Origin: a virus
Lineage: Duplodnaviria > Caudoviricetes
IMG/VR virus record: IMGVR_UViG_3300023070_000002
Coordinates: 8,465-72,464 of that record
Length of the DNA: 64,000 bases
Strand: one strand, 5' to 3'
Part shown: positions 58,805 through 64,000 of the stretch, piece after piece
Layout of the letters: each line of letters begins with the position of its first letter
Numbering within the stretch: the stretch's first letter is position 1
The notes under the pieces: generated by a model
Database searches by the model: none
Seen by the model: the letters and a program-made list of their open reading frames with translations, nothing else
What the model was told of the DNA's origin: nothing
Translations under genes and position numbers: made by a program

Positions 58805-58838
58805 AAAGCCTCTGATTTGTAGAGATCGGGGGCTTTTT
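58805..58838 (+). terminator. rho-independent terminator
   Basis: AAAGCCTCTGAT..ATCGGGGCTTTTT. Confidence 0.7.
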
Positions 58839-58881
58839 ATTGGCTTAATCCTTGTAGATTGTTTACCATAAAATATACACC

Positions 58882-59091
58882 ATGATAACTCTATTGGGAA
58901 TATTAACCGGAAATGGCCTTGTAGCCTTTCTTATCTGCTTGCTTGTAATTGCTGTTATAGCCTATGGGCTGAAGTTGTTGCTTGCTGAATTTGGAGGATT
59001 GTCGCCTAATATTCGATCATTGATATGGCTTATTTTTGCAGTAGTGGCTATTTTGTACCTGCTTAACCGATTTGCGGGGATAAATATCTAG
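58882..59091 (+). CDS. two-TM small membrane protein
   Basis: Two long hydrophobic helices; stand-alone. Confidence 0.6.
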   Translation: MITLLGILTGNGLVAFLICLLVIAVIAYGLKLLLAEFGGLSPNIRSLIWLIFAVVAILYLLNRFAGINI

Positions 59092-59144
59092 TGCTTTTTA
59101 TAGAAGTGTAGATTGTGAGGTAGTACCGGATGGAGATTGCCCGG

Positions 59145-59312
59145 TTAGGCGGCACACGCACAATCTACTTGTTTATCTATCCAATCAAATAAAGCCAGTT
59201 TTAAAGCAGTTAATCTAAGTCCTACTTGCCAATTATTAAACCAGTCAATGTCTGCCTCCGTAATAAAAAAACTAAGCGTCTTGTCATTTCTAATAATGTC
59301 TTGTACTGTCAT
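59145..59312 (-). CDS. 55-aa protein (not in ORF track)
   Basis: MTVQDIIRNDK..WIDKQVDCACAA, by manual translation. Confidence 0.45.
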   Translation of the reverse strand: MTVQDIIRNDKTLSFFITEADIDWFNNWQVGLRLTALKLALFDWIDKQVDCACAA

Positions 59313-59328
59313 ATAAATTTAGTTTTTT

Positions 59329-60198
59329 CTATTTACCACAAAAAAGGCCGCAAGTAGTTTGATTAAGCCTATCCGAAAAATTCTCCTCGTTTTCAAACAT
59401 TGGTATTTGCCTTGCATCTGTTATTACTGAAAGAATAGTTCTAAGTCGTTTCTTTTTAACTGCCGGAATTTTATCTATAAAATCCTTTAGCGGCTTACCC
59501 TTACCCATCCAAAAGTAATCACTTACTTGATGTTCATACCATTCAGCTTCCCAAAAAAGATTAGGGTGGTGTTCGTATAAGCCAGCCCACTCATATTGCC
59601 GTTGGTTAAAGCAGAAGTAACAATTCGCTCTTGTTCTCCAACAAAACAACATATCAAATTGCCATTCGGTTAGATACTGCCTCCACCAATCTCCTTTTAA
59701 TAGCCTACATACTTCGCCATACATAGATTTCCAAAAGAACACAGGAGGTTTTAACCCGTGTGAATTAATTATTGAGTAAACACCATCAATGCCAATTCCT
59801 TGCTCAACCAATGGGTTCTTAGGAATGATATTCGGAAACTTGTTGTTTATGTATCCAATTCTCTTTTCGTCAGCACGAATACCGTAATAAACAATACAAT
59901 CATCTTTTCCAATATATGCTTCCATTGGCTCTATCTTGCTTTGTCGGGTACAATATCTGGACTGGCCGCTGGGCAGAAAGAAGTTGTAATCCTCAATGAT
60001 ATTTTTTAAATCACGGCCAGTTTGGACAATTTCTTGTCCCAAATATGCTTCTACTTTTTTCATCCAATAAAAGACCTCTGGCAGTTCAGCTCCGGTAGGG
60101 TTGAATAAATATTCGTACTTTAAATCAGGGTCAAGTTCTCGCTGGACTATTGCAGTACAAAGGCTGTCCTTACCTGATATTGGGATGATGTGTCTCAA
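59329..60198 (-). CDS. PAPS-reductase-like (adenine nucleotide alpha hydrolase) protein
   Basis: PP-loop ISGKDS; RYCTRQSKIEP; YYGIRADE; CYFCF; C-terminal CGLFC. Confidence 0.8.
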   Translation of the reverse strand: MRHIIPISGKDSLCTAIVQRELDPDLKYEYLFNPTGAELPEVFYWMKKVEAYLGQEIVQTGRDLKNIIEDYNFFLPSGQSRYCTRQSKIEPMEAYIGKDDCIVYYGIRADEKRIGYINNKFPNIIPKNPLVEQGIGIDGVYSIINSHGLKPPVFFWKSMYGEVCRLLKGDWWRQYLTEWQFDMLFCWRTRANCYFCFNQRQYEWAGLYEHHPNLFWEAEWYEHQVSDYFWMGKGKPLKDFIDKIPAVKKKRLRTILSVITDARQIPMFENEENFSDRLNQTTCGLFCGK

Positions 60199-60245
60199 AG
60201 AAGTTCATGTTTTATTGATACTGGAAAATATCTGGTACTCATAAC

Positions 60246-60716
60246 CTATTTTTTAATTTTAGACAACACCATTGATTTTTGATTAGGAGTAAGTTTTGAC
60301 GCTGTTACTTCTTTTTCAAAGGCTGACAGATCTTTTACTCCCGATTTTGCTTCTTTTAAAAAGTCGTCATAGGATTTTGGCCGAACGGTACTGTCTACAA
60401 GTTTATTGAACTCTTCAACTGTTGGGTGATAGTCCGTGTTTGGTTTATCTTGTTTTTTAATAGCAGGAAGTATCCCTTCGAAAGCACCATTGTCTGGCGT
60501 CTCGTTGATCAATGAGCTATTTTTTTCTTCTTTCAATGCTAAAAGCTCGCTTTCCAGTTTTTTGAAGGTCGCTAATTGAACAAATTTCGGCTCTTTTTTT
60601 TGCTTATTATGATGTGATATTCTGCATTTATCGGAGCAATATTTTTTAGCACGGCGCCCTTCAGTATGCACCAATTTATTTCCGCACGATTGGTTATTGC
60701 AATGGGTTGGTTTCAT
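60246..60716 (-). CDS. Zn-finger protein
   Basis: C..QSC..KKYCSDKCR. Confidence 0.6.
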   Translation of the reverse strand: MKPTHCNNQSCGNKLVHTEGRRAKKYCSDKCRISHHNKQKKEPKFVQLATFKKLESELLALKEEKNSSLINETPDNGAFEGILPAIKKQDKPNTDYHPTVEEFNKLVDSTVRPKSYDDFLKEAKSGVKDLSAFEKEVTASKLTPNQKSMVLSKIKK

Positions 60717-60984
60717 TTTCTATAGGTTGTCCGTATTTATCTAATTTGGGTTGGTTGACTGGCATGAACATTTTTGGAAGTTTTCGCAAGTCCAACATTA
60801 GGTTTTGGATATTAATTTGAAGCCGACGCCTCCGAGTTCTAAAAAACTCAACATAGTCACAACTACCCTCAACGGCTTTATCTAAGTATTCCTTTTCCGC
60901 ATCGCTTAGTTCAGGAGGCTTCACGTAATTGCCATTTTTATCCTTTATTCGCCACCATGTTTCGTAAAATTTACTTGGACTCAT
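60694..60984 (-). CDS. hypothetical protein
   Basis: 96 aa; overlapped. Confidence 0.55.
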   Translation of the reverse strand: MSPSKFYETWWRIKDKNGNYVKPPELSDAEKEYLDKAVEGSCDYVEFFRTRRRRLQINIQNLMLDLRKLPKMFMPVNQPKLDKYGQPIENETNPLQ

Positions 60985-61202
60985 AATTTTTTAATTGAAA
61001 TATTGAACCCTTTAAAATTGTGTTTTGTTACTTTTGTTGCGTCCTTAAAGTAAGGGTCGGTTAAGAATTTTGTATGTTTGAAATGCCCCTTGTTGTCTTC
61101 GTCTGCCAATTCAAACCAACCCTTAGTCTTGCACCTTGTCCAAACACGACCCTTATCATCAATAATGACAAAAGGCCATCTTTTATACTTTTCAAGTTCC
61201 AT
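60981..61202 (-). CDS. hypothetical protein
   Basis: 73 aa; first gene after promoter. Confidence 0.55.
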   Translation of the reverse strand: MELEKYKRWPFVIIDDKGRVWTRCKTKGWFELADEDNKGHFKHTKFLTDPYFKDATKVTKHNFKGFNISIKKL

Positions 61203-61220
61203 TAATTAAACAATTCTCAC

Positions 61221-61228
61221 CAAAGATA
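61221..61228 (-). promoter_or_regulatory. -7 promoter element
   Basis: TATCTTTG, 18 nt upstream of the start at 61202. Confidence 0.7.
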
Positions 61229-61909
61229 GAAACTAAATTCAATCCACCAATCTTTTATAACGTTTATTTAGTTTATTCATATCGTTGCAAAAGTTTAGAG
61301 TGCCATTTAGCTGGCGATATGGTTTATTTACGGCAAAAAAATCCTACCTTCCCTCCAGTAAACATCCAGTTCTTTGACACCACCCAACATCCAACCCAGC
61401 CCTCCAACCAGCCTTTCCCCCTGAACCTCGACCAACATACCAATTTCCCCCAGATAACCCTTACAATCGCCTAAAACAGGCTTTAAAAACAGCTTTACAT
61501 CCAATACCCCTGATCCAAACAGCTTTGTTCAAACCAAACTCAATTCAAAAGCTGAAAGCAGGGATCAAAGGGCATGGCATCAGGCTTTCACAATTCCCCG
61601 GCAAGGGCAATACCCCCGCAATGGAGCGGTGGCTGCATCTCCCCGCAGATAAGGGCGTGAAAGGGATTAGAATAGGTTTGGTAAAGGGTTTTGAGGACTG
61701 ACCAATTAAATAACGGCTAAAGGAATTGGTTGTTGGCTAACGTATGGGAAACGAAAAGTTGATGCCACCGGGGCGCTGGAAGTTAAAGCCCTTTTGAGGG
61801 GGTGTTCGTGTAAACGGTAGGGGCGGCTTTAGAGTGCGTGACTATGGAGAGTACCGGGTATGTTTTGGAGCAGCTTGTTTGCTTATTTAATAACGAAAAA
61901 TTATATTTT

Positions 61910-62170
61910 ATGACAGTTAAGGATTTAAAAGAAATGTTGGCTGACGCGCCAGATGAAATGCAGGTTTTAATATCACATACTGGTTCATTTGATGGTGTGT
62001 TTGTATCCCCTTGTATGGAAGATAGTGGGATAAGTGAAGGAGGTTTATATGAAAGCGAGGAAGACGAAAAAGAGGCAACGCTCTTGAACAAAACAGCTAC
62101 AAGAAAAGATTTTTTATTGGTTCGTTGTGGATTTTTCGATGAGACAGAACATACGCATGAGTTGAATTAA
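61910..62170 (+). CDS. hypothetical phage protein
   Basis: MTVKDLKEMLADAPDEMQV pattern. Confidence 0.6.
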   Translation: MTVKDLKEMLADAPDEMQVLISHTGSFDGVFVSPCMEDSGISEGGLYESEEDEKEATLLNKTATRKDFLLVRCGFFDETEHTHELN

Positions 62171-62291
62171 AAAAAGCGGTTGTTAGCCGCCAATGTAAGC
62201 AAATAAAAACCCCTCCGTGGAAACGAAAGGGCTAACGTGAAACAAAAACTACTTGTAATGAGATTGTGAAGGTAAAGAAAGCTTTTTGAAT

Positions 62292-62573
62292 TTATGTCGC
62301 GGGGTGATGTTCTGGCGCGTTTGGTAAATTAAACGGCATTTGCCGGAGATGCCATTCATTTAAGCCATGAAGCCGCGCAAATGATGTTTTACCTAATGGG
62401 GATTCTTCCGAATAGACCTGATAGGGGACTTCCACATCATACAGAACATCGTTTTTAGTGAATGAGACTTTTAAAACCCGGGCGTTTTTTAATTCCCCTG
62501 AACCCGGGAATTGCAAAAGGACAGTATCGCCTATTTGCCAAAGGGAGGGAAGGGTGTTATTTGAATTTGACAT
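62292..62573 (-). CDS. small SH3/KOW-like protein
   Basis: WQIGDTV..ARVLKVSF..YDVEV; hairpin at about 62206-62233 downstream. Confidence 0.5.
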   Translation of the reverse strand: MSNSNNTLPSLWQIGDTVLLQFPGSGELKNARVLKVSFTKNDVLYDVEVPYQVYSEESPLGKTSFARLHGLNEWHLRQMPFNLPNAPEHHPAT

Positions 62574-62625
62574 AAAAAATATAAACCGTTTAGCCGGTTC
62601 CTGCTTTAAAAACGAAGGTAAAAAA

Positions 62626-63114
62626 ATGACCGAAAAGAAACATTATATCTTCTTAATCACCCCGCAGACCCATGTAAGGGCAACGCAGGGGGATAGAATA
62701 TTGTTTCGCATACCTGAAAGCAGGCGAAGCGACGCCGGAACAAAGCGGGTAAACCGGTTATTACGGTACAATGATTATAAGATTTCGCTCTTAGCATTAG
62801 CGAAGCAACAAAGGTTCACTTTGCCGGATGAGGGTGCCATTATACGGTTTTTTTTACCAATGCCGAAGACTTGGCGAAAGCCTGAGAGGGAAGCAAACAG
62901 GAACAATTTGCATCGAAAGAAGCCGGATCTTGACAATTTGTTGAAGGCTTTTCTTGATAGTTTATTCACTGAAGATAAAAAAGTAGCCCATTTGGGTGAA
63001 GTATCAAAATATTGGGTTGATGGTGATCAAGGTTGGATTGAGGTGATAACAAAGCCTCATAATCCTTGCATAATTGTCAATCCATACGAGAAAAAAAATG
63101 ATTTAGTGTGTTGA
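62626..63114 (+). CDS. rusA: RusA-family Holliday junction resolvase
   Basis: IRFFLPMPKTW..HRKKPDLDNLLKAFLDSLFTEDKKV. Confidence 0.85.
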   Translation: MTEKKHYIFLITPQTHVRATQGDRILFRIPESRRSDAGTKRVNRLLRYNDYKISLLALAKQQRFTLPDEGAIIRFFLPMPKTWRKPEREANRNNLHRKKPDLDNLLKAFLDSLFTEDKKVAHLGEVSKYWVDGDQGWIEVITKPHNPCIIVNPYEKKNDLVC

Positions 63115-63225
63115 CAGAACGGAAATAACAAACAGTTTTATTCTTGGCCGATGAAATTGTTTACTTATAGGTAGAACGTAAAAGGTTGGCGGTAAGGCCA
63201 AGTTATCGCCGCCTTTTATTGTAAC

Positions 63226-63903
63226 ATGGAAAGAAAATTTAAGTTAGTAATGAAAGACAGTTCGCATTATTGGATGAAAGGGATTTACCTCATACGAATA
63301 GGCCGACTCCGCTATATCGGGAAGGCATTATGTATTGGGGACAGGCTATACGATCATCAAGTGGGGATCAATAAGGCGATGAAAAACTACAGCCGGTATG
63401 TTAATATCGGATTTAAAGATAAAGACGAGCGCAGCAGGGCGGTTTCTTACTTAAGAATTGCTAAATACCTATTGGAGAACCCAAGCATAGAAGCCGGATC
63501 CGTAGAAGTTATTCAACGGGGGGTATGCTCAAATAAAATGTGGTTTTCTGAAATCGGGCATTTACAAGACGTAAAAAACCACCCAGACTACTATAATATT
63601 TCTTGGGCAGGTAGCCGACCTCGTTGGGACGAATACCACCAATGGGATGTTGTCGAGAAGGAGGGACAACTGGAATTTTTTGACTTAAGAATACCACATG
63701 TTCGGGTAAAATCTGGCAATACACCAGCCCGGAATAAGGAGGCTATTAATAAAATTAATGAAATAAAAAAGGAGAAACAGTTCCGTATTGCAAGGGTCAA
63801 AGAAGTGTACGATAGGTTTAAATTAACCAATCCTAGCGTCAAAGATCAGCTTGCAGCGGTTACGGCTGTCTCTAAAAAGATATTGGAAATAACCCGCTCT
63901 TAG
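63226..63903 (+). CDS. GIY-YIG nuclease domain protein
   Basis: KGIYLIRI..RYIGKA..I.DRL.DH. Confidence 0.7.
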   Translation: MERKFKLVMKDSSHYWMKGIYLIRIGRLRYIGKALCIGDRLYDHQVGINKAMKNYSRYVNIGFKDKDERSRAVSYLRIAKYLLENPSIEAGSVEVIQRGVCSNKMWFSEIGHLQDVKNHPDYYNISWAGSRPRWDEYHQWDVVEKEGQLEFFDLRIPHVRVKSGNTPARNKEAINKINEIKKEKQFRIARVKEVYDRFKLTNPSVKDQLAAVTAVSKKILEITRS

Positions 63904-64000
63904 GACGTTCTAATGCCATTTGTCCAAACGGGCTGCTTTATGCGGCCTTTTGGCGTTTTATGCAGAATGTGAGTATTTAGACTCATAATTTTAAAATAAG

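Noticed and set aside
1-64000. Stop-codon reassignment as in some crAss-like phages
   Set aside because: Terminase, portal, capsid and tail ORFs are full length in code 11, and TAG and TGA both serve as stops with tight overlaps
1-64000. CRISPR array, rRNA, integrase or att site
   Set aside because: No regularly spaced repeats, rRNA signatures or tyrosine/serine recombinase motifs seen

Overview
The whole window is bacteriophage DNA, most likely a Bacteroidota-infecting podovirus. Host evidence: TAnnTTTG promoters, A-rich starts without Shine-Dalgarno sites, and signal peptides followed by Gln. No host genes, integrase, DNA polymerase or helicase are visible. Layout: (i) 251-5726 (+), small early/accessory genes including NUMOD4-HNH and YopX; (ii) 5737-8518 (-), lysis cassette with GH19 endolysin, unimolecular spanin and holin-like proteins; (iii) 8650-37612 (-), a virion module in crAss-like/P22-like order (read in transcription direction: GroES-like, terminase, portal, scaffold, capsid, three ring proteins, muzzle, ejection proteins, tail-end genes); (iv) 37637-42930, a glycosyltransferase/methyltransferase/cupin cluster; (v) 43121-48426 (-), lambdoid-style replication/regulatory genes with an IS1595-family transposase; (vi) 48578-63903, mostly (+), early genes (YqaJ exonuclease, C5 methyltransferase, PAPS-reductase-like protein, RusA, GIY-YIG). 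Best candidate for a new system: the only large fibre-like gene carries a Sec signal peptide and 16 Bacteroidota O-glycosylation sequons (manual count). It is coupled to a secreted SGNH esterase and shares a domain with two adjacent non-secreted tail genes. This suggests a receptor-binding fibre that is exported, glycosylated in the periplasm and docked onto virions at lysis, possibly with glycans remodelled by the phage's own glycosyltransferases. Also notable: a tRNA-shaped RNA with a 71-nt loop in place of the anticodon, and a GNAT-like domain inside the 2139-aa ejection protein. All family calls come from motif recognition by eye; no searches were run.
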